Source of the DNA: the human T2T-CHM13v2.0 reference genome, Homo sapiens
Length of the DNA: 64,000 nt
Strand: one strand, 5' to 3'
Assembly: GCF_009914755.1 (NCBI RefSeq)
Contig: NC_060926.1
Of the stretch, positions 1 to 12,051 are shown piece by piece (within the stretch, counting starts at the first letter, position 1; each line of letters begins with the position of its first letter). The position numbers and the translations under genes are program-made. The notes below the pieces were generated by a model, which saw nothing but the letters and a program-made list of their open reading frames with translations, had not been told where the DNA came from and made no database searches.

Positions 1-941
1 GAGCTAACTTGGCAGTGCCAAGAAAGGTCCAGGAAAGTCAGGGCTGGGGACTATGGGCAGTGGCAGCCTGGGGAGCCCCGTTCCATCCCCAGCCTGGGAA
101 GGGAGGGGAAGGTGCCCCACCTGGGACCCCCGTGGGCCTCACTGTCCAAGGTGTGCAGTGAGCGGCCCACCTGAGTGATCAGCCTGCTCAGAGAGCTTCA
201 GGTCAAAACGCTGCCTGCCCCACAGCCCAGCTGCTTCTTCCAGTCCCGTCCTCAGACACCCATGAAGACACAAACACAGACACTTCCTATCAGGAGACGA
301 AGATGGGCAGATGGGAACCGGAGCCTGGGAGGACCGATACTAATTACAAGGCGACAGAGCCAGATGAAACACCTAAGCACGCCTGCGAGCCGGGAGCTCC
401 GGGAAAACCACCTCACAGAAGCCCACCAGCCCCTCTACCCTGGCATGGCTGGCATACCTGGCCAGCCACAGGGCGCCCCTCCCCACACCTCCTCCCTGCC
501 AGCTGCTGCTCCCGGGCAGTCTGGGTGCTGGATGGTGAGTGGGTACCAGAGGGGCTGTGGGAATGGCAGAGCCTAGGAGGGGCCAGCAGGGGCAGCGTCC
601 TCTCCAGGGGCCACCCAGAACCCCTACATGACAGGGGAGAGCCAGGGGCTCGGAGTCTCTGAGGGCAGAGCTGCAGGCTTGGGCAGGAAGCTGGGACCAT
701 CAATCCGTTTCCCACCCGGGCCAGCATCAGGATTCAACCTCCACAGAACTGGACAAAAACCAGGTCCCGGGGCAAGCTGTTCACCCAGGGGCATCGGGGC
801 AGGACCTCACCGGGTTTGAGGGTGAGAAAGGGGTCCAATGACCAGCACAGTGCTTCGAAAAACACCAGAAAATGCATAAACTCCCCCCAATGACTTTGCA
901 CCAACAATTACATAAGGAAACTGTTTAAAAAGAGGGAAGAG

Positions 942-1227
942 AGCCAGGCATGGTGGCTCACGCCTACAGTTCCAGCACTTTGGGTGGCCGGGACGAGAAG
1001 ATTGCTAGAGCCCAGGAGTTGAAAACAGCCTGAGCAACATAGTCAGACTCCATCCCTACAAAAAATCAAAAAATTAGCTGGGCATGGTGGTACGTGCCTG
1101 TGGTCCCAGCTATTCGGGAAGCTAAGACGGGAGGATGGTTTAAGCCGGGGAGGCTGAGGCTGCGGTGAGCCATGTCTGCGTCACTGCACTCCAGCCTGGG
1201 CAGCAGAATGAGACCCTGTCTCAAAAA
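942..1227 (+). mobile_element. Alu, AluJ-like, full dimer
   Basis: Starts gccaggcatggtggctcacgcc, has an A-rich linker, ends cactgcactccagcctggg...gaccctgtctcaaaaa. J-type text gagcccaggagtt and gcaacatag. Confidence 0.93.
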
Positions 1228-2078
1228 GCAGCAGGGGTGGGGAGGAGTGACTAATCGTGGAGAAACAGATTAATAGTGGGGAAAGGTGACATGTGCTTCT
1301 TCTCTGGAAGATCAGAAAGGCTACAACTTAGCAGATGGGAATTACCAAGTTAGGAAAAGTATGCCACATGATGTGAGCCCCTTCCATCCATTCATTCCCC
1401 AAGGAGAGTCCAGCCCTGGCTCTCAAGACCCCAGAAGGCTGAAAAGCAGGGCTCCCGCTGCAGGGGCAGAGAGGGGGACCCTCTTAGGGGAGTGTGAGCC
1501 TAAGCAGCCAGCCCTGGGGAGCGGTCGGGCTTCAAGTGGGCCTAGGAGATAGGAGAAGCCATGGCCCCATCCCCATTCCCATCCCCTTGAGAAGCCCCAG
1601 GGAGGTGGGGCATTCACAGGCAGATGTCCTGGCCTCTTCTGGGGAACATGGAGATTCCCAGCCGAGCTGCCCCGCACCTGGCATGTGCCCACACCTGCCA
1701 CGTGGATGGAAAACATCACAGGTGTTCCGGGCATCAAGGGACCTTCAGGGCTTGAAGTGAGCAGACAGGCTGGAGACGGCGCCTAGGGGTGGCTGAGAGG
1801 CAAGTTTCCACACCCGGAAACTATGTTTGATTCAGGAAAGCACAGTAGACTCCTTGCCCCTGAGTTTGTCCAGTTAAACCCGTTCAGTCACACAAAGATA
1901 GAGATGATTTTATTATATTTTTAATTTTATCCTCAATAAAATTTAAAATATGCATACAATTGTGTAAAACTTCGTGATGTCATATATTTAGTTCAACTGT
2001 ATAATATACTTTGTGCTCGGCAAGCAGTGGATACACCTTCTTTTCCAACACCCATGTGCTTTTAAAAAATTAACCATT

Positions 2079-2235
2079 GGCCAGGCATAGTGGCTCACAC
2101 CTGTAATCCTACCACCCTGGGAGGCCGAGGCAGGAGGATTGCTTAAGCTCTGGAGTTTGAGGCTACGGTGAGCTATGATTGTGCCACTGCACTCCAGCCT
2201 GGATGACAGAGCAAGACCTCATCTCTAAAAAAGAA
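2079..2235 (+). mobile_element. Free Alu monomer (FAM/FRAM-like)
   Basis: Single ~155-bp Alu arm with A tail; aaattaac occurs on both sides (possible TSD). Confidence 0.85.
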
Positions 2236-2759
2236 ATTAACTCTGTAGTCATTCACACCAAACATCTCAATAAATTCAAAAAAAATCACTTTATATAAAT
2301 GAAATCATACTGAAAAGGTTATTTTGTTTCTTCCTTCTTTTCTAATCATTACAATTTTAATACAAAAGTTAGGATGTGGGTCCCTCTGGCATTAAGAAAA
2401 GGTGAGGGTGCACCTGGATGCCGTCAAAACTGTGAGTCAGGACCCGGTGGTGGCCACACAGGAGTCCACCGTATGATTTTCTGTTAAGCTGCACATTTTT
2501 GATTAAGGCACTTTTATCTCATATATTTTATCTCTCAATGTTTAAAACATGCTTCAAACTATTCTCCCCAAAAGAAGAAGTTGTAGGAATTACATTTTGG
2601 GTGACAATGTTAAAATTTTTTAAAGAAGAAAGGTAATTGCTTCGGTGTTTATTTAAACCAAATTTAGATAATTTCTAGATCATTTGGCTCCTCTATTTCT
2701 TTATTACTCCAATTCTAATTTCTTAGCAAATGCTCCTGGCTCCACCCCTGAAAGGTTTC

Positions 2760-3100
2760 CAGAATTGGAACATGCCTGTCGTCTCCACTACTCTCTCCAC
2801 AGCCTGAATCACCACCACCTTCTCTCACGTGGCCCCCAAGCTCCACCCACAACACAGAAGCCAAGGTGGCCTTGGTAAACCTGAAGTCACATCATGTCGT
2901 CTTCCATTTGGCATCCACAGCAGATGTCAATCCCTCTTAGAGTAGAAGTCGAAGCACCGACCTGCAAGGCCCCACATGTTCTGACCTCAGCGTTCACGCC
3001 CTTTCCCTGCTCCTCACGCTCCAGGCACATGGCCTGGCACACTCCCTCCTCACAACCCTCGTGTGTCTGGTCCCTCTGCTAACATGCCCTCCTGTTTAAG
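2760..3100 (+). mobile_element. Degenerate L2 fragment
   Basis: L2-like text aaacctgaagtcacatcatgtc, ctcttagagtagaagtc, aaggccccacatgttctgacc. Confidence 0.55.
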
Positions 3101-3622
3101 CCCACATGGTGACCAAAACTGACACTGTGCTGGGCCAAGGAGCTGGTTCCAATACATTTCAAAGGACTGCAGTAATTCAGAATACATTCTCAGACTACAG
3201 TAGAATTAAGCTGGAAATGGATGCTGATAAAAGCAACTAAAAAGTCTTCCAAGTGTTTAGGAATTAAACAATATACCTCTGCATAACCCATGGGTCGAAG
3301 ATGAACCATAAATGGAAATTAGAAAATCTTTACACTGACTGATAATACAAATATAACCTATCAAACTTGTAGGATCCAGTTAAAACTGTGCTTAGAGTGA
3401 AATTTTGTGCTTAGAAAGAAAAAACTTGCAACAATGTAAGTACAGCCTTGTGGGAGCATTAGAAAAAGAGGAGCGAATTAAACCCAAAGAAAATAGAAAG
3501 AGGGAACTAACAGGGATAAAAGGAGAACATAATTAATAAAACAAATGTCAATAGAAAGGTGGGTTTTTGTACAGATTAATAATATTGACTGCCCAAGACT
3601 AATAAAAAAATAGCACAAAATA

Positions 3623-3928
<306 letters not shown>

Positions 3929-4289
3929 AAAATAATATGGCACATGCTGGCAATAGTAGAGATTAAGAAGGGATTACTACTAAAGACCCCACAGACATTA
4001 CAAATATTATGAAGTATGACAAATGGCTTTCTGCCAAACAAATCAATAAGTCAAATGAAATGGACACATTCTTAGAAAAACAAATATAACAAGAGACACA
4101 AGAAGAAATAGAGTATGTAAGTAGTCCTATGCATAATAAATAAATTAATTGAATCATTAATTTTAAACCTTTCCACAGAAAAACTCTAGGCCCAGAACAC
4201 GTAAGATAAATATTTTCAAATATTTAAAGATGAACTAACACAAATCTTATAAAATTCTTCCAGAAAACAGGAAAAAAAGAAATATCCCT

Positions 4290-4658
4290 TGTTATGGTTT
4301 GGCTTTGTATCCTCACCCAAATCTCATCTTAAATTGTAATCCCCAGGTGTTGAGGGAGGAACCTGGTGGGAGGTGATTGGATTATGGGGGCAGCTTCCCC
4401 CCATGCTGTTCTCATGCTAGTGAGGGTGTTCTCATGAGAGTTGATAGTTTTGTAAGAGACTCTTCCCCCTTAGCTCCCTTCGCATGCTCTCTCTCGCCTG
4501 CCGCCACGCAAGATGTGCCTCTTCCCCTTCTGCCATGATCATAAGTTTCCAGAGGCCTCCCCAGCCATGTGGAACTGTGAGTCAATCAAACCTCTTTCCT
4601 TTATAAATTACCCAGTCTCAGGTATTTCATTATAGCAGTGTGAAAACAGACTAATACA
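4290..4658 (+). mobile_element. ERVL-MaLR solo LTR (THE1D/MSTA-like)
   Basis: TG...CA ends: tgttatggtttggct...ataaattacccagtctcaggtatt...agactaataca. Confidence 0.92.
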
Positions 4659-5003
4659 CCCCCCAGTTCATTTTATGAGGCCATTATTAATTCACCCTAA
4701 AACTTGAGAAGAAAACTATAAAAAATGAGTATCATAGGTTAATCTGTCTTGTGAACATAGGCACAAAACTCTCATCAAAATATTAGAAAATTAAATCCAG
4801 AAATATAAAGTAGATAAAACATCACAACCAAATTGGGTTCATTACAAAAATAAAGAGTTAGTTTAATATTTGAAAATCAACAAATGTAATGCATTACATT
4901 AAAAGAATAAAAAAGAAAAACCATTTAATAATCTCAGTAAATTCAGGAAAAGCATTGATAAAATTCAACACTCTTCAGGATAAAAAGTCCGAGAAAATAA
5001 CTT

Positions 5004-5057
5004 TGTGTGTGTGTGTGTGTGTGTGTGAGATGGAGTCTTGCTCTGTTGCCCAGGCTG
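5004..5057 (-). mobile_element. ~30-bp Alu 3' end with (TG)n microsatellite tail
   Basis: (tg)n followed by gagatggagtcttgctctgttgcccaggctg, the reverse complement of the Alu 3' end. Confidence 0.85.
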
Positions 5058-5749
5058 TAAAAGTAAAAGAAGTCTGAGAAAGTAACTTTCTTAATATGAT
5101 ACAGATATCATCAAAAAGCCTAAAGCCTACAGCCAACACACTTCCTGATAAAATGTCAAAAGTTTTCCCCTGATGTCAGGAATGAGACAAGAGTCTGCTA
5201 TTTTCATTTCTGTCAAATGTGGTGGTGGAGGCCCAGGCCAGGATGAGAAGGTAGGAAAGGAAAGCAAAAGTATGGGACTGGAAATAAAGACATGAAACTG
5301 TAATTAGTTACAGGTAACACAATTGTGCATGTAGAAAATCCAAAAGAATCTACAGCTAAATTGTTACAGTTAATATGAGAATTTAGCAAGACACAAGATA
5401 TGTGGTTAGCATGAAACATTGTATCCCAATATACCAGTAACACAAATAGAAAATAGAATTGTTAAATGCTACTTATTTTTCTGAAGACTAATGGAAAGAT
5501 GGAAACTTTGGACTTTGTTAAAGTTAAGAATGCCTGTTTATCAAGGGACACTGTTAAGAGAATTAAAACTAAGCCAGAAACTGTGAGTAGATATTTGCAA
5601 TGCATGTGTGATGGTTGGATTTATGCCCAACGCCTGCCTGTGTTCACCATGAGACACGCACATGAACGCGGGGCCACACTATGCCCCACAGCCCTGAACT
5701 ATGCAAAAGAACAACGCTGTTCATGCATGAGAAGAGAGAGACCCTCAAG

Positions 5750-5895
5750 CAGGATAAATAGCGAATGTGTGCTGGGCTTAATACCTGGGTGATGGGCTGA
5801 TGGGTGCAGCAAACCACCATGGCACACATTTACCTATGTAACAAACCTGCACGTCCCACACACGGATACCGGAACTTAAAATTAAATTAAATTTG
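5750..5895 (+). mobile_element. L1PA 3'-end fragment
   Basis: gcttaatacctgggtgatggg...gcagcaaaccaccatggcacac...tacctatgtaacaaacctgcac...aacttaaaa. Confidence 0.9.
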
Positions 5896-5899
5896 TTTA

Positions 5900-6252
5900 A
5901 AAAGAAGTGTACTCAGACCATCGAAGACAGCCATGGAGAAAGAAAGAATTTCTGCCCATAATGATCTAGACGAATCTCACAAATCTAACTTGAGCAAAAG
6001 AAGCCAGACACTAAAGGGTCCATAGCTTACGATTTCATGTATGTAAAGTTCAATCCCAGGCAAACCTCATTCACGGTCATGAAAGTCAGAATAGCGGTTC
6101 CCTCTAAGGGGGCCTGCGAGATGGGGTGCTGCAAACACCATGTCTCTTTGTCTGGATGGAAGTTTCAGGGTGTGTCCACTTTTTAAAATGCATCAAGCCA
6201 TACATCTATGATTTGGGAACCTTTCCGTATGTATGTTATTCCTCAATAAAAA
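5900..6252 (+). mobile_element. L1ME-like 3' end
   Basis: gaatctcacaaa...ttgagcaaaagaagccagacac...gtatgtatgttattcctcaataaaaa. Confidence 0.75.
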
Positions 6253-7368
6253 GGCCACTGAGAAAAACTGCCCACAAAAACCACATGTGCACCCTCTGAA
6301 GTCCAATCCCAGCCCAGATGCTGCAGGTTCCGCTGTGTTCCACAGCAAAGGTGGCAAACAGTGGAGCCCAGAAGTGATTTGCTGCCAGCCCAGAGGACGC
6401 GTCTAAACCACCTTGAAGGATCCCATCTGCCTATGAGCTGTACGTGTCAGATTCCAATACTTACCCACATATTCTCACCGGTTCCTTGGAGATAAGAAAA
6501 TGAAACAGCTTGGAAGATTTTTAGCATGCTGGACTTGGCTCCTAAACTCACAGTTCATATCCCCCATAAAGTGAGATATTGAAAGTAAATTTTGTCCTCC
6601 GTAGATGAAGCCATCTTTTAGCTCCACGCTCTGGTGCTCACGGAGATGAACCACAGCTCAAGATCAATCCATTTTATACCCAACGACCCCCGCATGGTCT
6701 CACCCACCGCCCGCTCTCTGAGACCACGTGCTGAGAAGGACAGCTCCAGGTCAGGAGTGCTGGCGTGCTCTTCCCAGCAGGGGAATCAGGCAGGCTTGAG
6801 GGGTGCTGAGAAGTCTGCATTTGGCAGGTGGGTGCACCCAGGGCAGCCAGAGAGTGCGAGGGCCGGACATCCTCAGCGGGCTCTAGTGCCTCTCCAGCCT
6901 CCTACCAAGCCAGGTGCCCTGGGCAGCTGGCCAAGAACTCAGTTCTGGGGTTGGCCAGCCTCGGACCCTCCCAGTTGTGTCTTTCAGGCACTGTCCCAGG
7001 TTCTTTTTCAAGGCAAATTTCCTTCTAATGCCGAAAAGTCAGCCTCCCCGGGGCACGCAGGACTCCCCCTCCTAAGCCCAGACCACAATCCTGCCCCTGC
7101 CACTCCCCATCCACACAGAGCATCCTTCCCAGGCTCACCCCCATGGGCTCGCTGCCATCGGGTCCTGGGCCATGAGCCACGAGGTTCAGAGGGAGAGGGG
7201 CCAGCGTGGCCTGGGCAAGGTCAGGCCTGCCTTGCCAGACAGTTTTCCCGGAACAGGCTGGGGGTGCCGGGCCTGGAACAACAGGGTGAGGCTCCTCCTG
7301 GCCCCAGCAGCATGTGCTGCACCCACCCATCTTCCTTTTGTTCTTTCTTCTTTCTTTGCTCATTGGTG

Positions 7369-7775
7369 CCCCCCCAGCTGTGAGTCCCTGAAGACGAGTA
7401 CCCTTGGTCACCAATGGACCAGCGCCCACCACTGCCCTCGGTCACCACTGGACCTGGCATACACCACTGTGTCCCCACAGCTAACTGTGACTACCTGAGG
7501 ACTGACACCCTCGGTCACCACTGAACCCAGCACCCACCACTGCCCTCGGTCGCCACTGGACACGTCGCCCACCACTGCCCTCGGTCACCACTGGACCCGA
7601 CACCCACCACTGCCCTCGGTCACCGCTGGACCCGGTGCACACCACTGTGTCCCCACAGCCAACCGTGAGTCCCTAAGGACAGCCAACCGTGAGTCCCTGA
7701 GGACACTGCCCTCGGTCACCACTGGACCTGGCACCCACCACTGCCCTCAGTCACCACTGGACCAGCGCCCACGAC
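7369..7775 (+). repeat. Compound minisatellite (~35-bp unit plus interspersed second module)
   Basis: About 8 copies of ccctcggtcaccactggacc(c)ggcacccaccactg, interspersed with cagc(c)aaccgtgagtccctgaggac. Confidence 0.9.
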
Positions 7776-8884
7776 TTCACAGTGCTCACTGGGTGCTTCC
7801 AAGTGAATGAATGAAGGGGTGAAGGATGAGCAGCACATGCAGCTCTGCTCACTTCGCAGATCGCAGAGGGCTGTCTGGGTGGGGGGGTCTTTCAGACTGC
7901 CACCTTGAATAGAGGACAGAAAGAGGGCCCTGCTAGGCGGCTGGCACCTGCGTCCGGCACCCCCTCGGCCCAGCTGTCCCCTGCTGGCTGCCCTGTGCTA
8001 TGGCCGCAGGCGGGTCTCTGAGTCCTTCATGCTCCCTGTGTTCTGGCCCCAGCATGGAGCCCAGCCCTCTGCAGATGCGGGCGCCAGGTCCTGGATGATG
8101 GGGGCCCCACTCCTCGAGGGCTAGGACTCAGCTTGCAGCTGGTCCAGCAGTCAGGCCACTCAGGGGCTGCTCCTAGTCAAGGTCTCCAATGCCTTCCAAC
8201 AGATGATGCCACACGTGGCCAGCTCCAACTCCAGCTCCTCGCGGGGAGCACAGGTTTCTGTACCACCTGCAGCCCACAGCCAGGTGCCACCTTCCCCTGT
8301 GCCAACCAGTACCCCAGCATGGACAGGAATGGGGCAGAGAGTCCTCTGGGGGGAACATCAAAATACCCTAGTATGTTAGTGACTCGGCCAGTCAGCAATG
8401 TGCTGGTAATTGCTTAACAAGGGACTCTCAGAAGGGGCAGGGCTGGTCTGCAGCATCCGCACACACTCCCACCGTGGCTGGTTGCAAACCACTGGTGTTA
8501 GGGCTTAGAACGTGGAGCGAGAGCGATGCACACAGTCAGTGCTCTGGAGCCTGAGCTGCCTCCAGCAACCATGGGGACCACGTGCTGACCTGGGTGGTGT
8601 GTGGTCAACCCGGATTTTTTGCAGGACATCCCAGCACTGGCCGTGACCTGCGCCTGGCCCCACGGTAGGGCGCTGCTGGTGTAATCTGCCCAGCAGGTGG
8701 CTGCTGAGACCCAGAGTCACGCCTTCCACACTCGGGTTTCCACAGTTGTCTCTATGTCAAATCCTGTCAGCTGCACAGTCCTGCAAGTCCTCTCTGCTCT
8801 GCCTCGAGGCCCCCATATGTGATTCCCCAAATGCCACAAGCTTGAACCCACAAAGCACATCCTGCTTTAGAAGTCATGGACCTG

Positions 8885-9785
8885 GAGCTGGGCTGGCTGG
8901 ACTGGGCTGGGCTGAGCTAGGCTGGGCTGGGCTGAACTGGGTTGAACCAGGCTTGGCTGGGCTCACCTGGGCTGGGCTGGGCTGAACTGGGTTGAACTAG
9001 GCTTGGCTGGGCTAACCTGGGCTAACCTGGGCTAACCTGGGCTGGGCTGGGCTGGGCTGAACTGGGTTGAACTAGGCTTGGCTGGGCTAACCTGGGCTAA
9101 CCTGGGCTAACCTGGGCTGGGCTGGGCTGTGCTGGGCTGAGCTGGGCTGGGCTGAGCCGGGCAGGGCTGGGCTGGGCTGGGCTGGGCTGAACTGGGCTGA
9201 GCTTGGCTGGGCTGAGCTGGGCTGGGCTGGCCTGAACTGGGTTAAACCAGGCTTGGCTCGGCTAACCTGGGCTGGGCCATGCTGGGCTGAGCTGGGCTGG
9301 GCTGGGCTGAGCTGAGTTGGGCTGGGCTGGGCTGAACTGGGCAGGGCTAAGCTGGGCTGGGCGGGAGCTGGGCTGAACTTGGCTAAGCTAGGCTGAGCTG
9401 GGCTGGGCTGAGCTAGACTGGACTAGGCTGAGCTGGGCTGGGCTGAGCTGGGCTGGGCTGAGCTAGACTGGACTAGGCTGAGCTGGGCTGGGCTGAGCTG
9501 GGCTGGGCTGAGCTAGACTGGGCTAGGCTGAGCTGGGCTGAGCTTGGCTGGGCTGAGCTGGGCTGAGCTGAACTGGGCTGAGCTTGGCTGGGCTGAGCTA
9601 GGCTGGGCTGGGCTGAACTGGGTTGAACTAGGCTTGGCTGGGCTAACCTGGGCTGGGCTGGGCTGTGCTGGGCTGGACTGAGGTGGGCTGGGATGAGCTT
9701 GGCTGGGCTGGACTGAGGTGAACAGGGTTGCACTGGGCTAGGCTGAACTAAGCTAGAGTGGACTGGGCTAAGCTGGGCTGAGGTG
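8885..9785 (+). repeat. GGGCT/GAGCT pentamer array, Ig-switch-region-like
   Basis: ~900 bp of mostly in-phase pentamers (gggct, gagct, gaact, aggct, tggct, aacct, ggact); 50-bp higher-order units start at 9421, 9471 and 9521. Confidence 0.95.
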
Positions 9786-10184
9786 GCCTGGGGCCTGCCT
9801 GGCCATTTTGCCTGAGCTCATAGACCAGAAAAGCTAAGAGGACCAGGCTGGTGGAGACCCTTTGTCAATGCCCCCTCCCTTGAGCTCTGAGGGCTGTTGG
9901 GGGATGGAGGAAGAAGTTGGGAGCAGGGGATGAGGAGGAGCCTGGGGGGACCCAGTGTTTCCACCCACACCAGAGCCCCCGCAGCAGATGCCAGCCCACT
10001 AGGACCTGGTGGGCCCAGAGGTGTGCAGAGGGAGCAGGTGGCACCATGTGGCCCCACCACCTACGTTGGTGACAAGGCCAACCCAGAGCCAAGGGGAGGG
10101 GCGACGTGGACCCTGCCGCAACTGGAGACCTGGCAGAGGAGCTCCGGAAAACACCACGGGGGCCTCCTTGAGAACAATCTGTTC

Positions 10185-10536
10185 TGTGATTTCGTCAAGC
10201 TGAGTGAGGGAAGCCAGGCACGGGCTGCATATTGCATGTTCCGCTTCTGTGAAATGTACAGAACAGGCAAACTCACAGAGGCAGAGGGCAGACGGGATCG
10301 CCTGGGGCTGGGGTAGTTAATGGGCGGGTGACGGTCGAGTATGGGGTTTCTTTTAGGGGTGAAAAAAATGTTCTGGGGTAAGATAGTGGTGATGCCACAG
10401 AACTCCACAAACACTTAGCAGCTATTGAATTGAACACTTAGCAGCTATTGAACTGAGTGCTTCAAACGGGTGATTTATAGGGTATATGAATTACATCTCA
10501 ATAAAGCTGTTATTTAAAAAAAAAAAAAAAAAAAAA
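10185..10536 (+). mobile_element. L1MB-like 3' end with poly(A)
   Basis: tgaaatgtacagaacaggcaaa...ggggtttcttttaggggtgaaaaaaatgttct...tgaattacatctcaataaagctgtt followed by an A run; internal duplication of aacacttagcagctattgaa. Confidence 0.88.
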
Positions 10537-10541
10537 GTAAA

Positions 10542-10936
<395 letters not shown>

Positions 10937-11382
10937 CCCAAAAAGAGAGAGAGAGAGAGAGAAGAGAAATACCAGCTCCATAGAACGGGCTTCTTACCTG
11001 CTTTTCTACTTGAACCTCTTGTCGTTTGTGCTGAAAACCTCAGGTCCTGATCCCTGAGCTGCTCACTTGGGTTATCACTACAACAGAAACAGAAACACAC
11101 GCACGTGCGGCAGCTGAAACGAGGACTCGTTACTCACAATCACCCCTCAGATTTCTGGGCTGCTCCACTGCACTGGAAACAGGCACACCACTTGAGATCT
11201 CAGATACACGTAATCATCATAACATTTCAATCGGAATATTCACATTTCAGCCATATCTGAAAACTGTGATTCGCGGAATCTGCGCGTTCCCAACTCCTGC
11301 AGGGGGAGGCCAATGCATCACATCTTCTAAAACAGCCAAGTCATGGGCTCTCAAATGGCTCAGCTGTCAATCCGACAGTGCC

Positions 11383-11408
11383 TGAGTCATCTCCAGCTGC
11401 TGAGTCAC
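11383..11408. promoter_or_regulatory. AP-1 site plus consensus ARE/MARE (TGCTGAGTCAC)
   Basis: tgagtca at 11383-11389 and tgctgagtcac at 11398-11408. Motif match only. Confidence 0.4.
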
Positions 11409-11903
11409 GATGACCCCAATCCCAGAGTCCCAGAGCTGGAAGGGACCCAAGAAGTCCTCTCCCTGGGAGAAGGCTCGTCCGGAGAGCTTTCGCCCGCAGC
11501 GGCCCCATCCTGTCAGCTGTGGAGCGGGGGCATGGTCTGGAGAGGGACTTCAGGTCATTCGGGCTCCTCTCCAGCCACTGGGACCCTAGGCACTGTGCCT
11601 GTTCTGAACACACAAGAGGAGCCATTATCAGGCACAGGGAGAAGGCACTGCCAGGCCAGGGAGGCTGTGGAAGGGCGTGAGCCCTGTAGGGCCCAGGGTC
11701 AGCCCACCCCACATGGATCCTGCCTGTGGGACCTGGGTTCATCCCAGCAGGGCTTCCTGACCCATCCTGGCCTCCCTCCCCTTGAAGCCCTTCACCCTGC
11801 CCACAGGCAGGGCCCTCCTCCCGGGGAAAGCCACGGGCAAGGGCAGCCAGACCTGTAGCTCCCTCCACAGCCAAACCCCAGCCAGGATCCCTACAGGCTG
11901 GCC

Positions 11904-12051
11904 CTGAGACTCACAGCAGCCCCAGGCTCCTGAGTACACCTGGGGAAACTGAGACTCACAGCAGCCCCAGGCTCCTGAGTACACCTGGGGAAACTGAGAC
12001 TCACAGCAGCCCCAGGCTCCTGAATACACCTGGGGAAACTGAGACTCACAG
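11904..12051 (+). repeat. 45-bp minisatellite, ~3.3 copies
   Basis: ctgagactcacagcagccccaggctcctgagtacacctggggaaa starting at 11904, 11949, 11994 and partially at 12039. Confidence 0.95.

Noticed and set aside
7369-7775. Repeat-spacer appearance suggesting a CRISPR-like array (also 47449-47672)
   Set aside because: Eukaryotic context, no unique spacers (the intervening sequence is itself repeated) and no cas genes.
9473-9733. ORF with AQPSS repeats
   Set aside because: It is the translation of the antisense GGGCT/GAGCT array.
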